From Polaromonas sp. (lineage in GTDB: Bacteria; Pseudomonadota; Gammaproteobacteria; Burkholderiales; Burkholderiaceae_C): a stretch of 44,362 bases of DNA. The translations under genes and the position numbers were made by a program. The notes under the pieces were generated by a model that did no database searches, had not been told where the DNA came from, and worked only from the letters and a program-made list of their open reading frames with translations. Below are positions 1 to 8,738 of this stretch, piece by piece; within the stretch, counting starts at the first letter, position 1, and each line of letters starts with the position of its first letter. The stretch covers positions 1 through 44,362 of the forward strand of contig JANYFF010000249.1 in assembly GCA_025362825.1 (NCBI GenBank), given 5' to 3'.

Positions 1-1
1 C

Positions 2-940
2 GGCAAGCTGCACGCTATCAACCCTGAGGCCGGCTACTTTGGCGTTGCACCAGGCACCAACATGCTGACGAATCCGAACTGCATGCTCAGCGTGCGCAGC
101 GATACTATTTTTACCAATGTGGCCCTGACCGATGATGGCGACGTCTGGTGGGAAGGCATGGAAAACGACGCACCCGGCAAAGCGCTGCCGGCACACCTGA
201 TCGACTGGCAAGGCAAGGACTGGACGCCGCAAATCGCCCGTGAAACCGGCGCGAAAGCAGCGCATCCCAACTCACGCTTTACCGTGGCCGCAACCAACAA
301 CCCTGCACTCGACAGCGCCTGGGATGACCCGAAAGGCGTGGCCATTGACGCCTTCATCTTTGGCGGTCGCCGTTCGACCACGGTGCCACTGGTAACCGAA
401 GCACGCAGCTGGGTTGAAGGCGTCTACATGGCGGCCACCATGGGCTCGGAGACCACCGCAGCCATCGTTGGCCAGGTCGGTGTGGTGCGCCGTGATCCTT
501 TCGCCATGCTGCCCTTCATCGGCTACAACATGAGCGACTATTTCCAGCATTGGCTGAATATCGGCGCAAAGCTCGCCGCAACCGGCGCAACGCTGCCAAA
601 AATCTACACGACCAACTGGTTCCGCAAAGGCGAAGACGGCAAGTTTGTCTGGCCCGGCTACGGCGAAAACATGCGCGTGCTGAAGTGGATGATCGACCGG
701 GTCGAAGGCACCGGAAAGGGCCACGACCAGGCCATGGGTGTCACCCCTGCCTACCAGGACCTCACGTGGACCGGCCTCGACTTCAACGAGCAGCAGTTCA
801 ACAGCGTCATCAGCGCCGACAAAGCCGCCCTGCATAAAGAGCTTGAATTGCACGCAGAACTGTTTGCACAGCTCGCGTACCACTTGCCCAAAGAACTGGT
901 AGATACCAAAGCAGCCATTGAAAAACGTCTTGCTGCCTGA
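2..940 (+). CDS. pckG: Phosphoenolpyruvate carboxykinase (GTP), 5'-truncated by the window edge
   Basis: Frame is open from base 2 ([20 protein letters not shown]). GTP-PEPCK motifs [36 protein letters not shown] and WPGYGEN are present. Confidence 0.97.
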   Translation, partial: GKLHAINPEAGYFGVAPGTNMLTNPNCMLSVRSDTIFTNVALTDDGDVWWEGMENDAPGKALPAHLIDWQGKDWTPQIARETGAKAAHPNSRFTVAATNNPALDSAWDDPKGVAIDAFIFGGRRSTTVPLVTEARSWVEGVYMAATMGSETTAAIVGQVGVVRRDPFAMLPFIGYNMSDYFQHWLNIGAKLAATGATLPKIYTTNWFRKGEDGKFVWPGYGENMRVLKWMIDRVEGTGKGHDQAMGVTPAYQDLTWTGLDFNEQQFNSVISADKAALHKELELHAELFAQLAYHLPKELVDTKAAIEKRLAA

Positions 941-985
941 TCAAGCAATGCACATGAAATTTCAACTGCTGGCCAGTTGAAATTC

Positions 986-1013
986 AAAAAGCCACCTTTA
1001 AGGTGGCTTTTTT
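986..1013. terminator. Bidirectional rho-independent terminator
   Basis: AAAAAGCCACCTT-T-AAGGTGGCTTTTTT between convergent genes. A second hairpin (AATTTCAACTG-ctggc-CAGTTGAAATT, 958-984) lies just upstream. Confidence 0.85.
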
Positions 1014-1075
1014 ACCGCTTGCGAAAGCGAAGGAAAGGGCTAAGGCAAAAGCGCGGTGTAAACCGCGCCAAGCGT

Positions 1076-1600
1076 TCAGACGTACTGACGCTGAAAAGCG
1101 CGCAGTTCAGCGCCGCCCAGGCGCACCGCGCGCTTTGTCAAGCCGGCAGGTTTGGCTGCGTCAAGGCAGGTGCTCGTCGCTTCGGCTTCCTGACGGGTCA
1201 TCGCACATTGCAAGTCTGCCATGACGCGCGAGTCTGACAGCGCTGTCGCCCAGAGACGCTCATCAGCCCTTGAGCGTGCCACGTCACGTGACCAGCCGTC
1301 GAGGCCTGCTTTCATGCGCGCGGCGAGGTGACGTGCGGTACCGGCAAAAAAGGCCAGCGCGGCAAAGGCAGCCATCCACATGACGATCCACATGGCCAGC
1401 AAATGACCTTCCGTGACGCTGTCCATGACTTGGTAAACCACAACCATCACTGCAGCAGCGATGGCTGACAACAGCAGTGTGGCCAGGCTGCGCGTGCCAG
1501 AAAACCCGCGACGCATGTGCTGCGCGGCATCAATAGCCGACTCAACACGGGCGACGCCAGGGTGCTTTGTGGAGTATTCAAGATGTACGAAGCTGGTCAT
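1076..1600 (-). CDS. Hypothetical membrane protein (2 predicted TM helices), divergent from a LysR gene
   Basis: 174-aa ORF with an RBS-like AAGGGAAAA upstream and two hydrophobic segments. Confidence 0.8.
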   Translation of the reverse strand: MTSFVHLEYSTKHPGVARVESAIDAAQHMRRGFSGTRSLATLLLSAIAAAVMVVVYQVMDSVTEGHLLAMWIVMWMAAFAALAFFAGTARHLAARMKAGLDGWSRDVARSRADERLWATALSDSRVMADLQCAMTRQEAEATSTCLDAAKPAGLTKRAVRLGGAELRAFQRQYV

Positions 1601-1704
1601 GATGTTTTCCCTTTTAAACAGTACCCGGATGCAAAATAGCAGCGGGTGGGAGGATATTAGGGTTATTACTAATGTTATTCAACTTTATCTTTATGATTTT
1701 AGTT

Positions 1705-1720
1705 ATTCACAACGGTGATA
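1705..1720. promoter_or_regulatory. Candidate LysR (NahR/DntR-type) recognition site
   Basis: TTCA-caacgg-TGAT matches the NahR-type TTCA-N6-TGAT box, inside an AT-rich divergent promoter ~40 bp before the LysR start. Confidence 0.55.
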
Positions 1721-1760
1721 GTCTCAGGCTTTCCAGACTTGTTTTGCAGGAGTTCACACC

Positions 1761-2717
1761 ATGAGTACACCCAACTTCCGGACGCTGGACCTGAATCTGC
1801 TACGTGTTTTTGACGAAGTCATGGCTGAGCGCAGCCTGACCCGCGCTGCACGCAACCTGTCGCTCACGCAGCCGGCCGTCAGCAATGCCCTGCGCCGCCT
1901 GCGCGAGACGCTGGGCGACGAGCTCGTCAAGCGCAGCGGGCAGGCCATGGCGCCCACCCCCCGCGCCCTTCTTATCTGGCCATCGGTGCGCGAGGCGCTG
2001 CGGCAGCTGCAGGAATCGCTGGTGCCAAGCGCGTTTGAGCCATCAACCGCCACCACCACCTTTGTTCTGGCCATGGCCGATGCCACAGCAGCAGAACTCA
2101 TCCCCGGCCTGGTGGATATTCTTGAATATGAAGCGCCCGGCGTGTCGCTTCGGGTCGTGCCACTGACCACCCGTGATCCGCGCCGCATGCTGGACGAAGA
2201 AACGGCCGATCTGGCGGTGGGCTATTTCCCACCGGTGCTCGCCGACCTGACCGCCCGCGCCCAGACCGGTGAAGCGGTGGCTTTTTCCCATCTGCGCCTG
2301 TATGACGGCGAATATGTCTGCGTGATGCGCCGCGGGCACCCGATGGCCAGCGGCCCTTTCACCCTGAACCGGTTTTGCGCGGCGCGCCACATGCTGGTCA
2401 GCTTTTCAGGCCGGCCTTACGGTTTTATCGATGAATCCCTGGCCTCCCTGGGGCGAAAACGTCAGGTCGTGCTCACAGTGAACCAATTTTTTACAGCTGG
2501 CCGCGTGGTGTCCACCTCCAACCTGCTCACCGTGTTGCCGCGCCACTTTGTCAGGGTCACGGGCATTGCCGAGCAGCTTGTACTCAGGCCCTTGCCTTTT
2601 GACGTTGCGCCGGTGCACGTCGATGCCGTCTGGCACCGAAGGTCCGAGCAGCAAAGCGCGCACATGTGGCTGCGCCAGGCGATGGTGCGATCAGCTCAAA
2701 AGGCCTTTGCGATTTGA
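1761..2717 (+). CDS. LysR-family transcriptional regulator (NodD/DntR-like subgroup)
   Basis: N-terminal LDLNLLRVFDEVMAERSLTRAARNLSLTQPAVSNALRRLR HTH; C-terminal WHRR...AHMWLR. Confidence 0.95.
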   Translation: MSTPNFRTLDLNLLRVFDEVMAERSLTRAARNLSLTQPAVSNALRRLRETLGDELVKRSGQAMAPTPRALLIWPSVREALRQLQESLVPSAFEPSTATTTFVLAMADATAAELIPGLVDILEYEAPGVSLRVVPLTTRDPRRMLDEETADLAVGYFPPVLADLTARAQTGEAVAFSHLRLYDGEYVCVMRRGHPMASGPFTLNRFCAARHMLVSFSGRPYGFIDESLASLGRKRQVVLTVNQFFTAGRVVSTSNLLTVLPRHFVRVTGIAEQLVLRPLPFDVAPVHVDAVWHRRSEQQSAHMWLRQAMVRSAQKAFAI

Positions 2718-2729
2718 GCCAGGGGCTGG

Positions 2730-2745
2730 AGGCACGGTTATTGCT
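2730..2745 (+). promoter_or_regulatory. Candidate sigma-54 (-24/-12) promoter for the Bug gene
   Basis: aGGCACGgttaTTGCT has exact GG-N10-GC spacing, ~37 bp upstream of the ATG at 2782. Confidence 0.6.
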
Positions 2746-2781
2746 GCTTGACGGAACACAAAACGACCTTGGAGATTCGGC

Positions 2782-3795
2782 ATGCCATCCACCTTGAAAC
2801 ACACCGCGCAAAACCTTGTCCCGCTTCACGCCCTGCCTCGCCGCACGGCCCTTAAGGCACTTGCCGCCAGCGCAGCCACAGTCGCTTTTCCAGCTTTCGC
2901 CGCCTGGCCTGACAAGCCCATCAAAATCATCGTCACCTTCCCGGCCGGCGGGGCGAGCGACATCGTGGCGCGCGTCATGGCCGAGCAACTGGGTAAAAAG
3001 CTGGGCCAGGCAGTGGTGGTAGACAACCGCCCCGGTGCTGGCGGCAGCGTTGGTGGGCTGGTCGTAACCCAATCCCCGCCGGACGGTTATACGCTGATGT
3101 TGAGCAATTCAACGCCCATCTCGATTGGCCCGTTTGCGCTTGAAAAGCAGCCCTACGACCCGGTCGAGAGCTTTACCCATATCGCGCTGATCGGCAACGC
3201 GCCGTGCGTCGTGATGGCCAACCCGCAGGTGCCTATCCGGACCATCACCGATGTGGAGGCGCAGGCACGCAAGCTCGGACGACTGGACTTTGCCTCGGGC
3301 GGACCGGCGTCCATCGGCCACATTTACGGCGAGCTGATGAAAAAAACCATGGGCGTGAACCTGACGCACATACCCTACCGTGGTGGCGCGCCCATGACCA
3401 CCGACCTGATTGCCGGCGTCGTGCCGATTGGTATTGATGTGCTGACCGCGTATGTGCCGTATTTCAAAAGCGGGCAACTGGTGCCGCTGGCAGTGACGTC
3501 GGCAACGCGTTCGCCGTTGGTGCCGGAGGTACCCAGCGTGGTGGAATTTGGTTACCGCAAGCTGGTTCTGGACAACTTTTTTGGCCTGAGCGGCCCGGCC
3601 CACATGCCTGCGGAGGTGGTGGCACGACTGAACAGCGCATGCAACGAGATACTGACTACGCCCGACATCAAAAAGAAAATGCTGGAGCTCGGCATCACCA
3701 CCAGCACGATGAGCCCCGCAGTCTTCACCAACTTTGTTCGCGATCAGGTCACAGCACTGGCACCGACCGTCAAGGGCGCCGGCGTCAGGCTCTAG
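2782..3795 (+). CDS. Bug/TctC-family tripartite tricarboxylate transporter substrate-binding protein
   Basis: Tat-like signal (PRRTALKALAA), WPDKPIKIIVTFPAGGASD, VDNRPGAGG, PDGYTL, HIPYRGGAP. Confidence 0.95.
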   Translation: MPSTLKHTAQNLVPLHALPRRTALKALAASAATVAFPAFAAWPDKPIKIIVTFPAGGASDIVARVMAEQLGKKLGQAVVVDNRPGAGGSVGGLVVTQSPPDGYTLMLSNSTPISIGPFALEKQPYDPVESFTHIALIGNAPCVVMANPQVPIRTITDVEAQARKLGRLDFASGGPASIGHIYGELMKKTMGVNLTHIPYRGGAPMTTDLIAGVVPIGIDVLTAYVPYFKSGQLVPLAVTSATRSPLVPEVPSVVEFGYRKLVLDNFFGLSGPAHMPAEVVARLNSACNEILTTPDIKKKMLELGITTSTMSPAVFTNFVRDQVTALAPTVKGAGVRL

Positions 3796-3813
3796 GGATC
3801 AAGGCCTTGAGAC

Positions 3814-4014
3814 TCAGCGTACGACGCTGAGGTAAGTGCAAGCCGCGCTGCGCAGCTCTTGCGCCTGGTGCGGGTCACGTCCAGCGTCAGCGCCGGCGCG
3901 TTCCATCAGGCTGTTTGCCACGTTGTCGTCCTGGTGAAGGCCTGTCGTGGAGACAAGAGGTTTCCAGGATGCAAACTGGCTGATCTGGCTGATCCGATTA
4001 AAAAGGCTGTTCAT
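3814..4014 (-). CDS. Small hypothetical protein (66 aa)
   Basis: Clean ORF filling the gap. The C-terminus (AGRDPHQAQELRSAACTYLSVVR) resembles small Comamonadaceae proteins (recalled, not searched). Confidence 0.6.
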   Translation of the reverse strand: MNSLFNRISQISQFASWKPLVSTTGLHQDDNVANSLMERAGADAGRDPHQAQELRSAACTYLSVVR

Positions 4015-4165
4015 GGCAAATATCGCCGCACAAGCGATGAAAAAGTTTAGATAAACCCAGATTAAGGGTTTTCCCTAGGTTCTCAACCCTAATACCAGCC
4101 AGAAGCAATGCAAGTTTTGCATGGGCACAGCCGCCGGGCGGCATACCGGCGTGGCTACAACCCCG

Positions 4166-5914
4166 TCACACGAGCTGCCGGCCAAACAGATACGTCATGT
4201 TGATGCGCCGGTTCTCGTACCCCTCGCGAAAGGCAATCGTGTCGGTTTCATGAAACAGCGCCGAGTTAAACAGCACGGCCCGGTTGCATTTATAGGGCAC
4301 CGTCACGCTCTCGGACCCGTTGGTCGCCAGGTGCTCGTAAATCAGCTTGGTGTCACGGTTGTAGTCATGAAAGGTCCAGTCGGCCGGTGCCGGCGCGGTG
4401 TAGACCTTCAGGCCGCCTGCCGCTTTGTCGAGGTTGCTGTCGTCCGGCGTGATCCAGAAGTTCAGATTGACCTTGGCAAAGTCCGCATGCACGTTGATGC
4501 CCTTGCCAAGCACAGAGTCGTATTTGAAAGCCCAGAGCTGGCCCAGAAGATAGTCCCTGAAAACGCGCGGCATAGCCGTCCTGAGCTCGCGGGCGAGCTG
4601 CAGGTGCAGCGGGCTGACAAAACCCTGGTTGCTGAAAGCGCCGAGATAGCAGCTGGTGTATTCCTTGAGCCAGACCCTGGACACCAGGCAAAACTGCTGA
4701 AAGGCGTGCAATGCGGGCTGGCTGAGAAAGTCATCGATGTAGAGGATTTCCGGCGTGCCCGCAAGATACGCTGCCTCGATCGCAGCCCAGTCGTTGTCCG
4801 GGTTCAGGCAGGCATCCATGCCTGTCGGCATCTCGTACACCAGCTGGGACGCCAGAAAAGGGCGCATCAGTTCATGCTGCTGGCGCGGCACGTCAAACAC
4901 GGTGGACGCGTCGCCGGTGTTGGCGCTGAAGATTTGCTCGCCCGCTTCGATGAAATTCTCAAGCCCATTGACCTTGTAACCGTGTGCCAGCAGATACTGC
5001 GCCTGCTGAAGGTCGTGCTTGAGCCGGAAATTTGAAATCCGTACGCCGCCCGGGGCGGGACGCCCGAATTGCGACGCCAGCACCAGTGACAGGCTTTTGC
5101 CGCTCTCGCGGACGCTCTCCTGCGTCGCATCCGTCTCAGACACGTACAAGCCGGCTAGATTGATTTGCGCGGCAAGGTGGCCGGGATTGAGCTTCAGGGC
5201 CTCCCGGTAGCTGTTGATGGCATCTTCGTTGCGGTCAAGGTTTTTAAGGGCTGTGCCCCGCTCGGCCCATGCCGCGGCCTGCAGCGGATGGTATTTGACG
5301 GCCAGCTCGCTCGACGTCAGCCCTTCGTCGAACCTGGAAAGATCACACAGCAGGGTGCTGCGGTTGCAAAGCAGCACCAGGTTGCGCGGGTCAATTTTCA
5401 GAGCCCGGTCGTAGCTCGCCAGCGCCTCGTCAAGCTGACCCATCTCCATGAAGATATTGCCGCGGTTGCACAAAATGTCGAGGTTGTCCGCTTCCACCGG
5501 CACGCTGTGGCTGAACATCGTCAGCGCGTCTTCAAGACGACCAAGGCGTTTTAAAAGCAGGCCGTAGTTGACGATGATCTGGCTGTCATAGGGCGCCAGC
5601 GTCGTGGCATGCTGGTAGTTCTCCAGCGCGTCCTTGAAGCGGCCCGCCAGCGCCTGTATATACGCTAGATTGTTATGCGCATCGGCATCGTCCGGCTTGC
5701 ACTGAACCAGTTTCTGATAGAGGCCGATGGCCGCTTCGGGATTGCCTGACGCTGACTCAATCATCGCCAGGTTGGACAGTGCTGTAGGCTCGAAAGGGGA
5801 TTTTTTCAGTACCTCAAGATAGAGGACTTTGGCGCCGGGCAAATTGCCCTGCCGGTGGAAATGAAGCGCCAGGTGCAACTGACCGTGCGATTCTTCCAGG
5901 GTTGCTATGTGCAT
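4166..5914 (-). CDS. TPR-repeat protein with a C-terminal 2OG-Fe(II) oxygenase-like domain
   Basis: About 7-8 TPR units (e.g. AHNNLAYIQALAGRFKDALENYQHA, CNRGNIFMEMGQLDEALASYDRALKIDP). C-terminal VHAD...GGL...NRAVLFNSALFHET...RRIN fits an HxD...H triad plus a 2OG-binding Arg. Confidence 0.85.
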   Translation of the reverse strand: MHIATLEESHGQLHLALHFHRQGNLPGAKVLYLEVLKKSPFEPTALSNLAMIESASGNPEAAIGLYQKLVQCKPDDADAHNNLAYIQALAGRFKDALENYQHATTLAPYDSQIIVNYGLLLKRLGRLEDALTMFSHSVPVEADNLDILCNRGNIFMEMGQLDEALASYDRALKIDPRNLVLLCNRSTLLCDLSRFDEGLTSSELAVKYHPLQAAAWAERGTALKNLDRNEDAINSYREALKLNPGHLAAQINLAGLYVSETDATQESVRESGKSLSLVLASQFGRPAPGGVRISNFRLKHDLQQAQYLLAHGYKVNGLENFIEAGEQIFSANTGDASTVFDVPRQQHELMRPFLASQLVYEMPTGMDACLNPDNDWAAIEAAYLAGTPEILYIDDFLSQPALHAFQQFCLVSRVWLKEYTSCYLGAFSNQGFVSPLHLQLARELRTAMPRVFRDYLLGQLWAFKYDSVLGKGINVHADFAKVNLNFWITPDDSNLDKAAGGLKVYTAPAPADWTFHDYNRDTKLIYEHLATNGSESVTVPYKCNRAVLFNSALFHETDTIAFREGYENRRINMTYLFGRQLV

Positions 5915-6094
5915 ATTCGAAGCTCGCTTTACGAAAATTCTAGGAGCTCACGGATACCCGACAAAACGGGTGGGTCAAGTTACCGAAATTGTGTAAAGTT
6001 ACTGACAAATTTATGAAGAAGACCCATTTGACGAGCGGTTTAAACGCCGTTTGCCGCGCTTATCACCTGCCCGCATGGACGCCCCACACCACAC

Positions 6095-6961
6095 ATGCAG
6101 CACAATTGGCGGGTGAACATCCAGCTTCTTTCTGACCTGCATCTGGAGACACATCCGCACTTCACAGCCCGGCCCACGCCCGGCGCTGACCTGCTGGTGC
6201 TGGCAGGCGATGTGGGCTCTTACCAGCAGGGCTCGCTGCTCGGCAGCCTGAACATTCCCGACTTTGGCCTGGCGCGTTTTTCGCCGCTGCCAGTGGCCGA
6301 GGGCGGTGCGGCCTGGCCGGTGCCAGTTTTTTTCATTCCCGGCAACCATGAATACGACGGCCTGGATTTCGACCTCGCCCACGCCCGCCTGCGGGAAACC
6401 TGCGAACGGCTGGGCATCGTCTGGCTGGAGCGGGAAACAGTGGTTTTAAACGGCGTGCGCTTCATCGGCTGCACCCTCTGGACAGATTTTGATGCTCTGA
6501 CGACAGAGGCGGCTTTTACCGGCGAGGTCACGCTGGCCGAACAGCTCAAGGCGCGCGAAAAAGCCTTCAGGGCGGCAAACTTCTACCTCAAGAAAAACCA
6601 CTCCTTGCGTTTCAGGACACCCATGCTGGCGGCCGAACTGCGTGAAGAAGGACTGAAGGCCCAGGCCTGGCTGCGGGGGGCACTGGCGCAGCCTTTTGAA
6701 GGCCCCACAGTCGTCGTCACGCACTTCGCCCCCAGCTTGCGCAGCGCCGACCCCCGTTACGGCCTGGTGCCGGGCACTTCGGGGTTTTGTAATTCGCTGG
6801 ATGACTTGCTGCCGCAGGCGCAGCTCTGGCTTCACGGGCACCTGCATTGCCCGGCCGACTATGTTTTACGCGGCTGCCGTGTGGTGGCCAACCCACTGGG
6901 CTATGCGCGCAAAGGCGAACAGGACGCCTTCAAGGCTGACCTGCTCATCAATATCCAATAA
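6095..6961 (+). CDS. Calcineurin-like metallophosphoesterase
   Basis: Motifs SDLH, AGD, GNHE, THF and HGHLH. The true start may be the GTG at 6113. Confidence 0.92.
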   Translation: MQHNWRVNIQLLSDLHLETHPHFTARPTPGADLLVLAGDVGSYQQGSLLGSLNIPDFGLARFSPLPVAEGGAAWPVPVFFIPGNHEYDGLDFDLAHARLRETCERLGIVWLERETVVLNGVRFIGCTLWTDFDALTTEAAFTGEVTLAEQLKAREKAFRAANFYLKKNHSLRFRTPMLAAELREEGLKAQAWLRGALAQPFEGPTVVVTHFAPSLRSADPRYGLVPGTSGFCNSLDDLLPQAQLWLHGHLHCPADYVLRGCRVVANPLGYARKGEQDAFKADLLINIQ

Positions 6962-6972
6962 CGGAACTGGTT

Positions 6973-7031
6973 TGCTATTAAATAAGTAGCTGAAGACGCC
7001 CTAAAATCAAGGGCTAACGGGCTTTTAAGCC
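6973..7031. repeat. Copy of the ~55-bp GCTAT-N-(G/A)TAGC palindrome-headed repeat, overlapping the TetR stop codon
   Basis: TGCTATTAAATAAGTAGC head plus a GCCC...GGGC arm; same layout as the copies at 24711, 27920, 32966 and 38531. Confidence 0.7.
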
Positions 7032-7694
7032 ATCGAAACAAGTTTCCAGGACGATGTCAACGATTTGCGCATCGGTGTACTGGCCACCGGCCTTCAGGAA
7101 GCCCGGAACCGGGTCACAGGCCCGGGCATACAGCGAATACAGCACCACCAGCGGGGGGGTGGCGGGGTTCAGGCTGCCGTCCTTCTGGGCCGCCTCTATC
7201 CACAGGCCGATCTGGTCACTGACCTGCATCAGACCGTCAAGGTAGGCCTTGTTACCCATCAGGTTGGCACGCAGGCTGGAGTTCTGGCTTGGCAACGACG
7301 GCATCTCGCCAGCCAGTTGCTGCTGCAGCATCCAGCATGCGACGGCCCGCAACTGCGCGATAGGCAGCGCGTCAGCCGCCAGCGTGACCATAAACTCCTG
7401 CGCCAGCCCCAGCACCCGCACCATGGCCGCAGCCGCAAGGTCTTCCTTGCTTGAGAAATGCTTGTAGAGGCTGGCCTTGGCGATGCCGACTTCAGCTGCG
7501 ACCTCATCCACAGTCATCAGGTCAAAGCCCTTTTCAGCCAGCAGCCGGTTAACAGCCTGGACAATCGCGGCTTCTCGCGCCAGCAGCATCTGCGCCTTGA
7601 ATGAAACTTTTGGGGCGGCGGGTGGATCCATCTCGCGCAGTGGCGTAGCAGGAGTGGGGCGGCTAGAAACAGAAGTTGGATCAGAGATGAGCAT
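7014..7694 (-). CDS. TetR/AcrR-family transcriptional regulator
   Basis: HTH LLAEKGFDLMTVDEVAAEVGIAKASLYKHFSSKEDL. The start could be a later ATG. Confidence 0.93.
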   Translation of the reverse strand: MLISDPTSVSSRPTPATPLREMDPPAAPKVSFKAQMLLAREAAIVQAVNRLLAEKGFDLMTVDEVAAEVGIAKASLYKHFSSKEDLAAAAMVRVLGLAQEFMVTLAADALPIAQLRAVACWMLQQQLAGEMPSLPSQNSSLRANLMGNKAYLDGLMQVSDQIGLWIEAAQKDGSLNPATPPLVVLYSLYARACDPVPGFLKAGGQYTDAQIVDIVLETCFDGLKAR

Positions 7695-7716
7695 CGCTCT
7701 ATTTTACCCGGGGCCA

Positions 7717-7729
7717 GACCGACTCGGTC
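7717..7729. promoter_or_regulatory. Candidate TetR operator palindrome
   Basis: GACCGA-C-TCGGTC just upstream of tetR in the divergent intergenic region. Confidence 0.35.
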
Positions 7730-7908
7730 CAATAAAAAAATGGTGCAACTCTTTTTCAGGCCTGTTGCCCACGTAAATACCGCCCGGTATTAAACGATTT
7801 GGCCCATTTGGCTGATTGCGCGCTGGGTTGGGGCGGGTTATCTTGCATGCATCTTGCGAGTGTTTTGTTGAGATCTGTTGGACAGAACTGGAAACACAAG
7901 GGAGCACC

Positions 7909-8475
7909 ATGAAAATAACCATGAATACCACGGCCTTGTATGTGGGCGCCTGGCTAGGCGCAGTGGCTCTGGCCTTTGCGCTGGCCATTGCGTCGCCGAA
8001 CGAGTCGAGCGTCATGGGCCACATGCCGGCCTTCACGTCGCAAACCCTGAGCCACCAACCATTGGCTATTCCCGAAGGTTTCCCCTCTGACAGAACGCTT
8101 GCGCTGATTACTTTCAAGGGCGACCAGCGCGCACAGGCCGACACCTGGATCGAAGGCCTGAACCTGAAAAACGATGCCAGTATTTCCTGGATGCGGGTGC
8201 CAGTCCTCAGCGACCCAGGCACTCCCAGCGGCCGCAGCGCGGCAGAAACCAGATTGCGGCAGAACTATGCTTCTGATAGCGAGCGCGCCAAGCTGGTGCC
8301 CGTCTTCACCAACAAAGCCGATTTCGTGCGTGCGACGGGCCTCAACGGTATCAGCCAGAGCTATGCGGTCGTGGTCAACCGAAAGGGTGATGTCCTGGCG
8401 CGCGTTGAAGGCCAGTTTGATGCAGAAAAAGCCGAACTTTTGCGTGAAACCCTGTCGGCACCGGGCATTCACTAG
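7909..8475 (+). CDS. Exported/membrane-anchored hypothetical protein, probable thioredoxin-like (ATP10-like) fold without CxxC
   Basis: GGAG RBS before ATG 7909, hydrophobic N-terminus, MPAFTSQTLS...LALITF...YAVVVNRKGDVLARVEG pattern. Confidence 0.7.
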   Translation: MKITMNTTALYVGAWLGAVALAFALAIASPNESSVMGHMPAFTSQTLSHQPLAIPEGFPSDRTLALITFKGDQRAQADTWIEGLNLKNDASISWMRVPVLSDPGTPSGRSAAETRLRQNYASDSERAKLVPVFTNKADFVRATGLNGISQSYAVVVNRKGDVLARVEGQFDAEKAELLRETLSAPGIH

Positions 8476-8738
8476 CCTGACTTGTTGTAAGACGACGCTG
8501 ACGCGCCATCGTTACAAACCTTTGCAACGAGGTTTTGGCGCGACACATACAGCCTGATAACCTCTTTTTCTCGCGCACTAGTGCTCAAAAATCATGCCCA
8601 GCCTATCCGGCAGCACGCAAGTTATTCTTACGAACACGCAGTTTCCCCTCGTAGCGACCAACCTTGGCCGCGTTGCAGCGCTGAAAAAAGCATATTCTAT
8701 GCTGCGGTGCACCATTTTTGCACTGGATTGGAGAAACA

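Noticed and set aside
4121-5554. Long antisense ORFs (e.g. 4121-5035, 13387-14370, 15707-16696, 27494-28720, 38643-39419)
   Set aside because: They overlap well-supported genes on the opposite strand and are typical GC-rich shadow frames without motifs.
8585-8640. Possible highly degenerate copy of the GCTAT...TAGC repeat (similar weak cases near 4120-4165 and 32350-32395)
   Set aside because: The palindromic head is not recognisable; similarity is too low to call by eye.
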